A DNA stretch of 64,000 bases from an uncultured Gammaproteobacteria bacterium (GTDB taxonomy: Bacteria > Pseudomonadota > Gammaproteobacteria > UBA9214): positions 64,001-128,000 of the forward strand of contig CAVVHS010000007.1 in the NCBI GenBank assembly GCA_963748215.1. The letters are read 5' to 3'. Under the pieces are notes generated by a model, which had not been told where the DNA came from, searched no databases, and saw only the letters and a list, made by a program, of their open reading frames with translations. The position numbers were made by a program, and so were the translations under genes. Shown piece by piece: positions 32,005 to 42,840 of the stretch (the stretch's first letter is position 1; each line of letters opens with the position of its first letter).

Positions 32005-32678
32005 GGCAGTGGCTTCTCCCTGGCGAGATCTCTCGGTTGTGTCAAAGGATTGCCATCGAAAAGGATCTGACCGTTTTCATCAAGAAAAATTCGGCCGCTG
32101 GCAAACCACTGGATCGCCAGCGGATACATCCTGTGTTCCTGCGCCAGCACGCGGTCGGCGAGCGCGGCCGGGGTATCGCCGTCCAGGACGGGTACGCGCG
32201 CCTGCAGCAATACCGGCCCGCCATCCATTTTCGCGGTGACGAAATGCACGCTGGCGCCGTGCTCGGTCAGGCCGGCCTCGAGCGCGCGGCGGTGGGTGTC
32301 CAGACCGGGCAGTGCCGGCAGCAGCGAGGGATGGATATTCAGCATGCGGCCAGGATAGTGCGCGACGAAGCCGGCTGTCAGCAGGCGCATGAAGCCGGCC
32401 AGTACCACCAGGCCCGGCCGGCAGGCGTCGATACGTGACTGCAGGGCGTGCTCGAAGGCCGTGCGGTCGGCAAAGGCCGTATGATCGACGACCTCGGCGG
32501 GAATGCCGGCGGCCTGTGCGACACGCAATCCGGCGGCGTCCGGACGGTTGCTGATCACGGCGCGGATGTCGATGGCCAGCGCGCCGCTGGCGGCGCAGTT
32601 GATAAGGGCATCGAGGTTGCTGCCGCGCCCGGAAATGAGCATGACGACCTGCAGGCGTGCTGTTGCCGTGGTCGTCAT
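31998..32678 (-). CDS. purN: Phosphoribosylglycinamide formyltransferase
   Basis: ISGRGSNL, LAGFMR, NIHPSLLP, HFV..MDGGP, EH. Confidence 0.96.
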   Translation of the reverse strand: MTTTATARLQVVMLISGRGSNLDALINCAASGALAIDIRAVISNRPDAAGLRVAQAAGIPAEVVDHTAFADRTAFEHALQSRIDACRPGLVVLAGFMRLLTAGFVAHYPGRMLNIHPSLLPALPGLDTHRRALEAGLTEHGASVHFVTAKMDGGPVLLQARVPVLDGDTPAALADRVLAQEHRMYPLAIQWFASGRIFLDENGQILFDGNPLTQPRDLAREKPLPC

Positions 32679-32712
32679 GGGCGCTCTCTCAGGACAGCAG
32701 CCTCTGTCGGCA

Positions 32713-33783
32713 TCAGCGGGTCAGTCGTACCTCGGGCGCGCCACTGCCTGCCTCGATGTAGCCGATGCGTCGCGCGTCCTCACCCTGTTCGCCGAGGTGT
32801 GCGATGACGGCGTCACAGTCGCCGTCCGCGACACAGATGACCATGCCGATGCCGCAGTTGAACGTGCGGTACATTTCGTGCGGTTCGACGTTGCCATGGC
32901 GCTGCAGCCAGTCGAAGATCTCGGCGGGTTGCCAGGTGCCGGTGCTGATGACGGCGCGCATGCCGTCCGGCAGCACACGCGGCACGTTGTCGAGCAGGCC
33001 GCCGCCGGTGATGTGCGCCAGTGCGTGCACGTCGAACCGGCTGCATAGTGACAACAGCGGTTTGACGTAGATGCGGGTCGGCGCCAGCAGCCAGTCCGCC
33101 AGGCTGCGCCCGGCCAGGGTGTCGGTGAGCTTGCTGCCGCTGACTTCCAGGATCTTGCGGATCAGCGAGTAGCCATTGGAATGTGGACCGGAGGAGGCAA
33201 TGCCGACCAGCGCATCGCCGACCGCGACGCGGCTGCCGTCGATGATGGCGGACTTCTCCACGATGCCGACGCAGAAGCCGGCCAGGTCGTAGTCGCCACT
33301 GCCGTACATGCCGGGCATTTCCGCGGTCTCGCCGCCGATCAGTGCCGCGCCGGCCTGTTCGCAGCCGTCGGCGATACCGTTGATGACGGCGGCGGCGACG
33401 TCCAGCTCGAGCTTGCCGGTGGCGTAGTAGTCGAGAAAGAACAGCGGTTCGGCGCTGGTCACCACGATGTCGTTGACGCACATGGCGACCAGGTCGATGC
33501 CGATGCTGTCGTGGATGCCGGACTCGATGGCCAGCTTGAGCTTGGTGCCGACGCCGTCGGTGCCGGATACCAGCACCGGTGCGCGGTAGCGCTCCAGCGG
33601 CAGCTCGAACAGGGCGCCGAAGCCGCCCAGCCCTGCCAGGACCTCCGGGCGCCGGGTTCTCGCCACGGCGGGCTTGATGCGCTCGACCAGTTCCTCGCCG
33701 GCATCGATATCGACGCCGGCGTCGCGGTAGCTCAGCGCGTGCGCCGGGCTGCCGGAGGTACCGTGTTTGTCTTGAACAGTCAC
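32713..33783 (-). CDS. purM: Phosphoribosylformylglycinamidine cyclo-ligase
   Basis: [40 protein letters not shown]. Confidence 0.96.
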   Translation of the reverse strand: MTVQDKHGTSGSPAHALSYRDAGVDIDAGEELVERIKPAVARTRRPEVLAGLGGFGALFELPLERYRAPVLVSGTDGVGTKLKLAIESGIHDSIGIDLVAMCVNDIVVTSAEPLFFLDYYATGKLELDVAAAVINGIADGCEQAGAALIGGETAEMPGMYGSGDYDLAGFCVGIVEKSAIIDGSRVAVGDALVGIASSGPHSNGYSLIRKILEVSGSKLTDTLAGRSLADWLLAPTRIYVKPLLSLCSRFDVHALAHITGGGLLDNVPRVLPDGMRAVISTGTWQPAEIFDWLQRHGNVEPHEMYRTFNCGIGMVICVADGDCDAVIAHLGEQGEDARRIGYIEAGSGAPEVRLTR

Positions 33784-33934
33784 GCGCGGGCTCCAGTGGG
33801 CGGGGTGAAAACAGGGACGCTATGGTAGCGGTCGGCTGTAACCGCTGTAAACCCGCCGCCCGTGCCCGATATGGCCAAACCCGGCGGATATCCGTATGCT
33901 GTGCATCCATTAACGAAGCTGTTACCGGTAACGT

Positions 33935-34978
33935 ATGGATAAGTCTGGACAAAGAAGCCTGTTGCTCGTGCTGTTGCTGTGCCTGACGTGGCTGGCGCCC
34001 CAGGCCGCTACTGACCTCTTCGAGGCCGAGGTGGTGGTCAGCGACCAGACGCCCGCTGTGCGGCGTACCGCCCTGCAGGGCGCATTGCGCGAGGTGCTGG
34101 TACGGGTGACCGGGCAGCAGGACGTGCTGACCACCGAACCGGTGCAGGAATTGCTCGGCAATCCCGAGCAGCTCGTACAGCAGTACCGCTACTTCACCGA
34201 GCAGCAGCGGGAACCGCCGCTGCTCAAGCTGTGGGTACGCTTCGACGGTGATGCGATCCGCCAGGCCGTGCAGCAGCAGGGCCTGGCCTACTGGGGCGGT
34301 GAACGGCCGGACACGCTGGTCTGGCTGGCGGTCGAGGACCGTGGTCGTCGCTACGTGGTGTCGGCCGACGACAGCAGCGACGTGCACCGCGCGGTGGCGG
34401 CGGCTGCGCGCCAGCGTGGCGTGCCGGTGCTGTTCCCCCTGATGGACCTGGAAGACCAGGACCAGGTGCATTTCTCGGTAATCTGGGGCGGCTACCTCGA
34501 CAAGGTGCTGGCAGCCTCGCAGCGCTACAACCCGCAGTCGGTACTGATCGGTCGTCTCAACCGCAGTCCGTCGGGGGGCTGGGCCTCGCGCTGGGAACTG
34601 AACGTGGCCGGCCGTCCCAACAGCTGGTCCGACAGCCATCAGCAACTCGATGCGCTGGCGCGGCAGGGTATCGATGACGTGGCCGACCGGCTGGCCACGC
34701 AGTTCTCGGTCGCCGCCCCGGGCGGTGGCAGCGCCAACGGCGTGTCGATCCAGGTGCAGGGCATCGAGACGCTGGCGGCCTATGCGCGCATCAGCAATTA
34801 CCTGGCCACCCTGACCTCGGTCCGCGGGGTGCAGGTCAGCGAGGTGACGCCGACGGCAGTGCGCTATTCCCTGCAACTCAGCGGCAGCCAGGACAGTCTG
34901 ATGCGGACCATCGCCATCGGTACCGTGCTGGAGTCCGCGTCGGACGGTATCCCGGGGAATTACCGGCTGCGTCAATGA
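33935..34978 (+). CDS. DUF2066-family exported protein
   Basis: Signal peptide, VLVRVTG, LFPLMDLED; usual position divergent from purM. Confidence 0.82.
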   Translation: MDKSGQRSLLLVLLLCLTWLAPQAATDLFEAEVVVSDQTPAVRRTALQGALREVLVRVTGQQDVLTTEPVQELLGNPEQLVQQYRYFTEQQREPPLLKLWVRFDGDAIRQAVQQQGLAYWGGERPDTLVWLAVEDRGRRYVVSADDSSDVHRAVAAAARQRGVPVLFPLMDLEDQDQVHFSVIWGGYLDKVLAASQRYNPQSVLIGRLNRSPSGGWASRWELNVAGRPNSWSDSHQQLDALARQGIDDVADRLATQFSVAAPGGGSANGVSIQVQGIETLAAYARISNYLATLTSVRGVQVSEVTPTAVRYSLQLSGSQDSLMRTIAIGTVLESASDGIPGNYRLRQ

Positions 34979-35529
34979 AAACGAGCGATATACCGAACCT
35001 GATCACGGTATTCCGCTTCCTGCTGGTGCCGCCACTGGTCTGGCTGCTGCTCGATGACCGTTTCGCCGCGGCGCTGGTGGTGTTCGGCGTGGCGGGTTTC
35101 TCCGATGCGCTGGACGGTTACCTGGCCAAGCAGTTCCAGTGGACCAGCCGCCTCGGCTCCTTGCTGGATCCGCTGGCCGACAAGTTGTTGCTGATCGCTG
35201 CATTCGTGACGCTGGGCTGGCTGCACGTGATACCGCTGTGGCTGGTCGGACTGGTCTGCCTGCGTGACCTGGTGATCGTCGCGGGTGCGGTGAGCTATCA
35301 CTTCCTGATCGAGCCGCTGACGGCGGAGCCGAGCCTGATCAGCAAGCTGAACACGCTGGCACAGATCCTGCTGGTGCTGGCCGTCATGATCAACCGCGAC
35401 CTCTACGCCCTGCCGCCATTGTGGCTGGACGTGCTGATCTACAGCGTACTTGCCTCGACGCTCTGGAGCGGGTTCGATTATGTCTGGACCTGGAGTCGCA
35501 AGGCACTGCGCACACGTAATGGGGCCTGA
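34975..35529 (+). CDS. CDP-alcohol phosphatidyltransferase family protein
   Basis: PNLIT and DALDGYLA..G..LDPLADK signature. Confidence 0.92.
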   Translation: MKTSDIPNLITVFRFLLVPPLVWLLLDDRFAAALVVFGVAGFSDALDGYLAKQFQWTSRLGSLLDPLADKLLLIAAFVTLGWLHVIPLWLVGLVCLRDLVIVAGAVSYHFLIEPLTAEPSLISKLNTLAQILLVLAVMINRDLYALPPLWLDVLIYSVLASTLWSGFDYVWTWSRKALRTRNGA

Positions 35530-35564
35530 TACCTGACGCCCTGCCGGGCCGGATGCCAGCTGCC

Positions 35565-36263
35565 ATGAACAACCCCCAGTTGCCGCTTGGTCTCGCATTG
35601 CGTGACAGCGCGCGTTTCGAGAGCTTTTTCGGCGTACAGAACGGTGAGCTGGTCACCATCCTGCAGCAGGCCGCAACCGGTACAGGCGAAACCCTGGTTT
35701 ACCTCGCCGGTGCGGATGGCCTGGGCAAGACCCACCTGCTGCAGGCCGCCAGCCGGCATGCCACACAAGCCGGGCGCAGCAGTACCTATCTGCCGCTGGC
35801 CGCACGGGCGGAACTGGCGCCGGAAGTGCTGGCGGGGCTGGAACAGATGGACCTGGTATGCCTGGACGACATCCAGGCGATTGCCGGTGACGCTCCATGG
35901 GAACGTGGCGTGTTCGACCTGTTCAACCGTGTGCGCGCGGCCGGCGGCACACTGCTGGTCGCCGGGCAGCAGCGGCCGGACCGTACCGGCTTCGCATTGC
36001 CGGATCTTGTCTCGCGCCTGGCCTGGGGCGTGACCTACGTGCTCAAGCCGCTCGCCGAGGCGGACGTGCTGGCCGCACTGGACTGGCGTGCGCGCAGTCG
36101 TGGCCTGGAATTGCCCGACGTCACGGCACGCTTCCTGATCAAGCGCCTGCCGCGTGATCTGCCTACGGTATTCGACCTGCTGGATCGTCTCGACGAGGCC
36201 TCGATGGTCGAGCAGCGGCGCCTGACGGTGCCGTTCGTGAAGGCGGTACTGGGACTGTTGTAG
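35565..36263 (+). CDS. hda: DnaA regulatory inactivator Hda
   Basis: QLPL clamp-binding motif, GLGKTHLL, CLDD, DLVSRL, RRLTVPFVK. Confidence 0.93.
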   Translation: MNNPQLPLGLALRDSARFESFFGVQNGELVTILQQAATGTGETLVYLAGADGLGKTHLLQAASRHATQAGRSSTYLPLAARAELAPEVLAGLEQMDLVCLDDIQAIAGDAPWERGVFDLFNRVRAAGGTLLVAGQQRPDRTGFALPDLVSRLAWGVTYVLKPLAEADVLAALDWRARSRGLELPDVTARFLIKRLPRDLPTVFDLLDRLDEASMVEQRRLTVPFVKAVLGLL

Positions 36264-36295
36264 GAGCGCTTCGCAAGCGCGATCTTGTTTACAAC

Positions 36296-36655
36296 TTAAC
36301 GTCGGCTTGCCTCGCGCTTGCCTGTCTTGATATAGCTGATGCCGCCGACGAACCATGCGGTGGTCAGCACGATTTCCAGCAACCCGAGCGGGCGGGTGCT
36401 TGCCGAGTGCCAGGCCTCGATGACACCGTGCGTGAAGTAGAGCAGGGCGAGGAAACAGCTCCACGCGATGGTGTAGCGTCGTGCATGCAGCAGCCCGCGC
36501 AGCGGAAACAGCAGCGGGGTGACCAGCACCAGCAGCACCAGTGCCACCGGGAAGTGCGTGGAGGGTGCCAGCCAGACATACCAGGCAAGCAGCAGCGCGA
36601 AGGTGCCGAAATAGCCGGTCAGCGTGAGCGCATACAGCAGGCGTGGAGCCGGCAT
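36296..36655 (-). CDS. DUF2069-family membrane protein
   Basis: PLLFPLRGLL, LYFTHGV; follows wrbA. Confidence 0.82.
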   Translation of the reverse strand: MPAPRLLYALTLTGYFGTFALLLAWYVWLAPSTHFPVALVLLVLVTPLLFPLRGLLHARRYTIAWSCFLALLYFTHGVIEAWHSASTRPLGLLEIVLTTAWFVGGISYIKTGKREASRR

Positions 36656-36686
36656 CAGCGGACCGGTCTGGCGCAGGGCGCGCGTG

Positions 36687-37319
<633 letters not shown>

Positions 37320-37379
37320 TCAACAACCACGGTGTTCCTGTGCCAATGAACGCCACCCCGGGATCCGCTGTATTCTACT

Positions 37380-37506
37380 GTCATTCCGGCCTCGGCTTTG
37401 GCTTCCTGCGCCGCTCTACCTCCTGCATGGCCCAGGCCGCCTCTCGACCCGGGCTATGCCCGTAATAATGGCTCACCTTCTCCATGCAGTCGTGCGCCGG
37501 AATGAC
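37380..37506. repeat. Three-level nested repeat: REP palindrome containing a 50-nt element containing a 53-nt mini-insert
   Basis: Outer GTCATTCCGGC/GCCGGAATGAC; middle 37391-37428 plus 37482-37493; inner 37429-37481 inserted at CAT^CC. Confidence 0.8.
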
Positions 37507-37516
37507 GGAAGATGAA

Positions 37517-37885
37517 TTATCCAGGCCTTCCCGGGAGCAGCTCAAGCACCTTCTCCGGCGGCCGGCCGATGACCGCCTTGCCGTCGCGGACCACGATGGG
37601 GCGCTCGATCAGTTTTGGGTATTTGACCATGGCGTCGATCAGCTGCGCGCGCGTCAGCGCCGGGTCATCAAGCCCGGCGTCTTTATACTCCTGTTCATGT
37701 TTACGCATGAGTTCGCGCGGCTCCAGGCCGAGCATGTCCAGCAGGGCGGCGAGCCTGCCCCGGGTCGGCGGCGTCTTGAGGTATTCGACGACCGCCGGCT
37801 GCACGCCGTGACGGTCCAGCAGTTCCAGTGTCGCACGCGACTTGCTGCAGCGCGGATTGTGGTAGAGGGTGACGCTGTCGCTCAT
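37517..37885 (-). CDS. arsC: Arsenate reductase (glutaredoxin) / YfgD family
   Basis: HNPRCSKSR, LIERPIV, IGRPPE. Confidence 0.88.
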   Translation of the reverse strand: MSDSVTLYHNPRCSKSRATLELLDRHGVQPAVVEYLKTPPTRGRLAALLDMLGLEPRELMRKHEQEYKDAGLDDPALTRAQLIDAMVKYPKLIERPIVVRDGKAVIGRPPEKVLELLPGRPG

Positions 37886-37929
37886 GGTGTTGCTCCGCTC
37901 GTGTGGTGAATTCCCGGCCCGGCGCCGCG

Positions 37930-39453
37930 TCAGCCCTTGACCACCGGGATGCCGGCGATGCGCATGCGCCATTCTCGCGGACCGCTTTCATGTACCGAGT
38001 TGCCCCGCGCATCGACGGCCACGGTGACCGGCATGTCCTCGACCTCGAATTCGTACACGGCCTCCATGCCCAGTTCCGGGAACGCGACCACGCGGGCGGC
38101 GCGGATCGCCTTCGACACCAGGTAGGCGGCGCCGCCGGTGGCAATCAGGTAGACCGCGCCGTGCCGCGCGATGGACGCAATGGCCTGCGGCCCGCGTTCC
38201 GCCTTGCCGATCATGCCCAGCAGGCCGGTCTTTTCCAGCAGGGTGTCGGTGAACTTGTCCATGCGCGTGGCCGTGGTTGGCCCGGCCGGTCCGACTACCT
38301 CCTTGCCGACCGGGTCGACCGGCCCTACGTAGTAGATGAAGCGGCCGTTGAAATCCAGCCCGTCGGGCAGCGGTTCGCCGCGCGCGATGAGATCGACGAT
38401 GCGCTTGTGGGCGGCGTCGCGCCCGGTGAGGAATTTGCCGGAGAGCAGCAGCGTTTCGCCCGGTTGCCAGGTGCCGATGTCGGCGCGGGTCAGGCCGTCG
38501 AGCCGGACGCGCCGGCTGCTGCCGGTGTGGTCCTGCGTGATCTGCGGCCAGTCCTCCAGGCGCGGCGGCACCAGTTGCACCGGACCGCTGCCGTCCAGCG
38601 TGAAGTGGACATGGCGGGTCGCCGCGCAGTTCGGGATCAGGGCGACCGGCTTGGAGGCGGCGTGCGTCGGGTAATCCTTCAGCTTGACGTCCAGCACGGT
38701 GGTGAGTCCGCCGAGTCCCTGCGCGCCGATGCCGAGGGCGTTGATTTTGTCATAGAGTTCCAGGCGCAGTTCCTCCAGCCGGTTCTGCGCGCCGCGTGCC
38801 TGCAGCTCGTGGATGGTGATCGGTTCGAGGATCGCCTCCTTGGCCAGCAGCATCGCCTTTTCGGCAGTGCCGCCGATGCCGACGCCGAGGATGCCGGGCG
38901 GACACCAGCCGGCGCCCATGGTCGGCACCTGTGCCAGCACCCATTCGACGATGTCGTCGCTGGGGTTGAGGATGGCAAAGCGCGACTTGTTTTCCGAGCC
39001 GCCGCCCTTGGCGGCCACGGTGATTTCCACCGTGTTGCCCGGCACGACGTCCTTGTGGATCACGGCCGGCGTATTGTCACCGGTGTTGCGGCGCGCACCG
39101 GCCGGGTCGCTGACAATGGAGCCGCGCAGCGGGTTGCCGGGGTCGAGATAGGCGCGCCGTACCGCGGCGTTGACCATGTCATCGATGCTGCTGTCGGTAT
39201 CCCAGCGCACGTCCATGCCGATCTTCAGGAACACGTTGACGATGCCGGTGTCCTGGCAAATCGGCCGGTGTCCCTCGGCGCACAGGCGCGAGTTGATGAG
39301 GATCTGGGCCATGGCATCGCGCGCGGCCGGCGCCTGTTCGCGCTGCCAGGCCGCGTGCATGGCCTTGATGAAATCCGGCGGGTGGTAATAGGAAATGTAC
39401 TGCAGCGCGTCGCAGATGCTGTCGGTAAAGTCCTGTTTGCTGATGGTATTCAC
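37930..39453 (-). CDS. Class I Fe-S fumarate hydratase
   Basis: ICQDTG, KGGGSEN, WCPP, GRDAAH, GPTTATRMD, IGKAERG. Confidence 0.93.
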   Translation of the reverse strand: MNTISKQDFTDSICDALQYISYYHPPDFIKAMHAAWQREQAPAARDAMAQILINSRLCAEGHRPICQDTGIVNVFLKIGMDVRWDTDSSIDDMVNAAVRRAYLDPGNPLRGSIVSDPAGARRNTGDNTPAVIHKDVVPGNTVEITVAAKGGGSENKSRFAILNPSDDIVEWVLAQVPTMGAGWCPPGILGVGIGGTAEKAMLLAKEAILEPITIHELQARGAQNRLEELRLELYDKINALGIGAQGLGGLTTVLDVKLKDYPTHAASKPVALIPNCAATRHVHFTLDGSGPVQLVPPRLEDWPQITQDHTGSSRRVRLDGLTRADIGTWQPGETLLLSGKFLTGRDAAHKRIVDLIARGEPLPDGLDFNGRFIYYVGPVDPVGKEVVGPAGPTTATRMDKFTDTLLEKTGLLGMIGKAERGPQAIASIARHGAVYLIATGGAAYLVSKAIRAARVVAFPELGMEAVYEFEVEDMPVTVAVDARGNSVHESGPREWRMRIAGIPVVKG

Positions 39454-39586
39454 GTGCGAAAGTGGCGGAACCCTGTGCCTGTTCGGGAGTCACAAGTGTA
39501 GCCTGTTTGGGATGGGACAGGTAAATCACCCGCCGCCCGCGCGGTGCGGGGTATAATGCCCGCCAGAGTGTTATCAGGAGTCAAGC

Positions 39587-40102
39587 ATGCATCTGTTTAT
39601 ACTGATTGCCGCGCTGTTCGCCACCACGGCGCTGGCCGGTGACGAGGTCGATTTCACCCTGCCTGGCCTGGACGGCAAGCCGGTGTCGCTGTCGGATTAC
39701 CGTGGCAAGTGGGTGGTGGTGAATTACTGGGCCACCTGGTGTCCGCCCTGCCTGGAAGAGATCCCGGACCTGGTCGACCTGTACGAGGAAAACCGCGGGC
39801 GCCTGGTGGTGCTGGGCGTGAGCTACGAAGAGGTGAACGAGGAATACCTCAGGGAATTCGTCGAGAGCCACATGATGTCCTATCCCGTCATGCGTATGGA
39901 TCCACTGCCGGTGACTCCACTCGGCCCGGTACTGGGCCTGCCGACCACCTATATCATTTCGCCGGAAGGCGAGCGCGCGGCACGCCAGGAAGGGCCGGTG
40001 ACGCGTGCGGCCATCGAACAGTACATCGATCGCAAGGAAGCGGAACGTGCCAAACAGGCGGCCCTGTCGGGTTCCACAGCCGCTGCGGCTGGGATGCCCT
40101 GA
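39587..40102 (+). CDS. TlpA-family thiol-disulfide oxidoreductase
   Basis: Signal peptide, NYWATWCPPC, GLPTTY. Confidence 0.92.
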   Translation: MHLFILIAALFATTALAGDEVDFTLPGLDGKPVSLSDYRGKWVVVNYWATWCPPCLEEIPDLVDLYEENRGRLVVLGVSYEEVNEEYLREFVESHMMSYPVMRMDPLPVTPLGPVLGLPTTYIISPEGERAARQEGPVTRAAIEQYIDRKEAERAKQAALSGSTAAAAGMP

Positions 40103-40114
40103 GTAAGGACGGCC

Positions 40115-40381
40115 GTGATCTGCCGGCGCTGCATCGTGTCGGGACGGGTTCAGGGCGTATTCTTCCGCGCCAGTACGCAGGCGCAGGCACTTGCCCTGGG
40201 CGTTAGTGGCCATGCGCGCAATCTGCCGGATGGCCGCGTCGAGGTGCTGGCCTGCGGTGCGGAACAGGACGTTCGGTCGCTCTGTGCCTGGCTGCAGACG
40301 GGTCCTTCGCAGGCACGGGTCACCGCTGTGCAGTGTACGGACGTCGATGCGGCCGTGCCCGCGAAGTTCACCACCGGTTAG
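40115..40381 (+). CDS. Acylphosphatase
   Basis: GRVQGVFFR, NLPDGRVE. Confidence 0.93.
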   Translation: MICRRCIVSGRVQGVFFRASTQAQALALGVSGHARNLPDGRVEVLACGAEQDVRSLCAWLQTGPSQARVTAVQCTDVDAAVPAKFTTG

Positions 40382-40410
40382 GCTGCAGGCCTGTCGAGGC
40401 CGGTGACCGC

Positions 40411-42045
40411 TCAACCCGGCACGCGGGTCGTTTCGTTCCCGAAGGTCTGCGGATCGAGAACGGTATCCCCGGGCGGCCGCGAATGATCGGTCTGCGGGTA
40501 ATCGAGCGTGTAGTGCAGGCCGCGGCTTTCCTTGCGCAGCTGGGCCGAGCGGATGATCAGCTCCGCGACCTGCGCCAGGTTGCGCAGCTCGATCAGGTCG
40601 TTGGAGACGGTGAAATTGCTGTAGTACTCGTGGATTTCATGCTGCAGCAGGTCCACCCGGCGCCAGGCGCGCTCGAGGCGCTTGTTGGTGCGCACGATGC
40701 CCACGTAGTTCCACATGCAGCGGCGCAGTTCGTCCCAGTTGTGCATGACCACCACCTCTTCATCGGAATCCCTCACGCGTGATTCGTCCCAGGCGGGCAG
40801 CGGTGGCGGTGCCAGGGTGTCGGTCAGGGTGTCGCCGATATGCGCGGCGGCGGCCGCGGCGAACACCAGGCATTCCAGCAGCGAGTTGCTGGCCATGCGA
40901 TTGGCGCCGTGCAGACCGGTGCAGGCCACCTCGCCGATCGCGTAGAGGCCTGGCAGGTCGGTGCGGCCGTGCAGGTCGGTGATGACGCCGCCGCAGGTAT
41001 AGTGGGCCGCCGGTACCACCGGGATCGGCTCCAGCGTCATGTCATAGCCGAGTTCGCGGCAACGCGCATAGACATTCGGGAAATGCTCCTTGATGAAAGG
41101 CGCCGGCTTGTGACTGATATCCAGCAGCACGTACTCGATGCCGAGACGCTTCATCTCGTGGTCGATGGCGCGCGCCACGATGTCGCGCGGGGCCAGGTTG
41201 CCGCGCTCGTCGAAGTCTTCCATGAAGGGCGTGCCGTCGGGCAGCATCAGCACCCCGCCTTCGCCGCGCACGGCCTCGGTGACCAGAAACGACTTGGCCT
41301 GCGGGTGGTACAGGCAGGTCGGGTGGAACTGGTTGAACTCCATGTTTGCGACCCGGCAGCCGGCGCGCCAGGCCATGGCGATGCCGTCGCCGCTGGAGGT
41401 GTCCGGGTTGCTGGTGTACAGGTAGACCTTGCTGGCGCCGCCGGTGGCCAGTACGACATTGCGCGCGGCGAAGGCCTCGACCCGGTGGGCGTTGATATCC
41501 AGCACATAGGCACCCAGGCAGCGGTTTTCCTCCAGCCCGAGCTTGGCGCCGGTAATCAGGTCAATGGCGATGTGGTGTTCGAACAGGGTGATGTTGTCGC
41601 GCCTGCGGGTTTCATCGACCAGCGTGGTTTCCATGGCGCGGCCGGTTGCGTCGGCCGCGTGCAGTACCCGGCGCGTCGAATGCCCGCCCTCGCGGGTCAG
41701 GTGGAAGGTGATCGGCTCGCCGTCCGCGCCGTGCCGGGTGAACGGCACGCCGAGCTCGACCAGCCAGTCGATCGCCGCGGGGGCATGTTCGATGGTATAG
41801 CGCACCACGTCCGGTTTGTTCAGGCCGGCGCCGGCATCGAGGGTGTCGGCGATGTGCGATTCGAAGGTGTCTGCAGGATCGGTAACGGCCGAGATGCCGC
41901 CCTGGGCGTAGAGGGTGCTGCCTTCGTCGATGCGGCTCTTGGCCAGCACCGCGATCCGCACGGTCTCGGGCAGGCGCAGGGCGAGGCTGAGTCCCGCCGC
42001 GCCGCTGCCAATGATCAGGACATCGTACTGGTGGTGGTTTGGCAT
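40411..42045 (-). CDS. nadB: L-aspartate oxidase
   Basis: [40 protein letters not shown]; divergent from rpoE. Confidence 0.96.
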   Translation of the reverse strand: MPNHHQYDVLIIGSGAAGLSLALRLPETVRIAVLAKSRIDEGSTLYAQGGISAVTDPADTFESHIADTLDAGAGLNKPDVVRYTIEHAPAAIDWLVELGVPFTRHGADGEPITFHLTREGGHSTRRVLHAADATGRAMETTLVDETRRRDNITLFEHHIAIDLITGAKLGLEENRCLGAYVLDINAHRVEAFAARNVVLATGGASKVYLYTSNPDTSSGDGIAMAWRAGCRVANMEFNQFHPTCLYHPQAKSFLVTEAVRGEGGVLMLPDGTPFMEDFDERGNLAPRDIVARAIDHEMKRLGIEYVLLDISHKPAPFIKEHFPNVYARCRELGYDMTLEPIPVVPAAHYTCGGVITDLHGRTDLPGLYAIGEVACTGLHGANRMASNSLLECLVFAAAAAAHIGDTLTDTLAPPPLPAWDESRVRDSDEEVVVMHNWDELRRCMWNYVGIVRTNKRLERAWRRVDLLQHEIHEYYSNFTVSNDLIELRNLAQVAELIIRSAQLRKESRGLHYTLDYPQTDHSRPPGDTVLDPQTFGNETTRVPG

Positions 42046-42184
42046 GCTGTGTCGGTCCTGAACGGGTCGGTCAATAATCGTTATCCGGACGGGTTACCGT
42101 CAAGAGAACGTGTACAATTCGCCTTCAGCAATGGACGCGATCTGCGGTTCCTGATGGAACTGTCTGATTCACTTACACTAACAT

Positions 42185-42211
42185 GAACTATCCAGGATCC
42201 GGGTTGTCGAT
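42185..42211 (+). promoter_or_regulatory. Possible sigmaE autoregulatory promoter
   Basis: GAACTA-N16-TCGAT resembles GAACTT-N16-TCTGA, about 30 nt upstream of rpoE. Confidence 0.4.
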
Positions 42212-42243
42212 GTGATGTGCCGGGTTGACGGGAGACGGCCCGG

Positions 42244-42819
42244 ATGGGCGAACGAAGCATAGATCAGGCGCTGGTAGAACGGGTACAGCAGGGCGACAAG
42301 CGGGCGTTTGATATTCTGGTTCTGAAATACCAGAATAAAATCATACAGTTGGCGTATCGCTACGTACATGATCACGATGAGGCGCTGGACGTCGCGCAGG
42401 AGGCCTTCATCAAGGCCTACAAGTCGCTGGACAATTTCCGCGGCGACAGCGCGTTCTTCACCTGGATCTACCGGATCGCGATCAACACGGCCAAGAACCA
42501 CCTGGTGGCCAGCGGCCGCCGGCCGCCGAGGACCGATCTCGATGCCCAGGAAGCGGAACAATATGACGGCGCTGATGGTCTCAGAGATTACGCCACCCCT
42601 GAGCACGTGTTGCTCCGGGACGAGCTGAAGGAAACGATCGCCAGCGCGATAAACGATTTGCCGGATGACCTGCGCACGGCAATCACCCTGCGTGAGCTGG
42701 AAGGACTGAGTTACGACGAAATCGCGCAGGCCATGGACTGTCCGATCGGTACCGTGCGTTCGAGGATCTTCCGGGCGCGTGATGCGATCGATGTGAAATT
42801 GAGGCCATTGTTGAAGTAA
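42244..42819 (+). CDS. rpoE: RNA polymerase sigma factor RpoE/AlgU
   Basis: DQALVERVQ, DVAQEAFIKAY, TAKNHL, CPIGTVRSRIFRAR. Confidence 0.96.
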   Translation: MGERSIDQALVERVQQGDKRAFDILVLKYQNKIIQLAYRYVHDHDEALDVAQEAFIKAYKSLDNFRGDSAFFTWIYRIAINTAKNHLVASGRRPPRTDLDAQEAEQYDGADGLRDYATPEHVLLRDELKETIASAINDLPDDLRTAITLRELEGLSYDEIAQAMDCPIGTVRSRIFRARDAIDVKLRPLLK

Positions 42820-42840
42820 TTGCACAACAGGTTGAATGAC

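Noticed and set aside
32813-34975. Long alternative ORFs (720 aa here, 740 aa at 47233-49455, 592 aa at 16556-18334)
   Set aside because: Shadow frames of well-supported genes in GC-rich DNA, with no recognisable motifs.
37517-37885. Arsenic resistance island
   Set aside because: arsC-wrbA-DUF2069 next to hda is an ordinary chromosomal arrangement; no arsR, arsB or acr3 is present.
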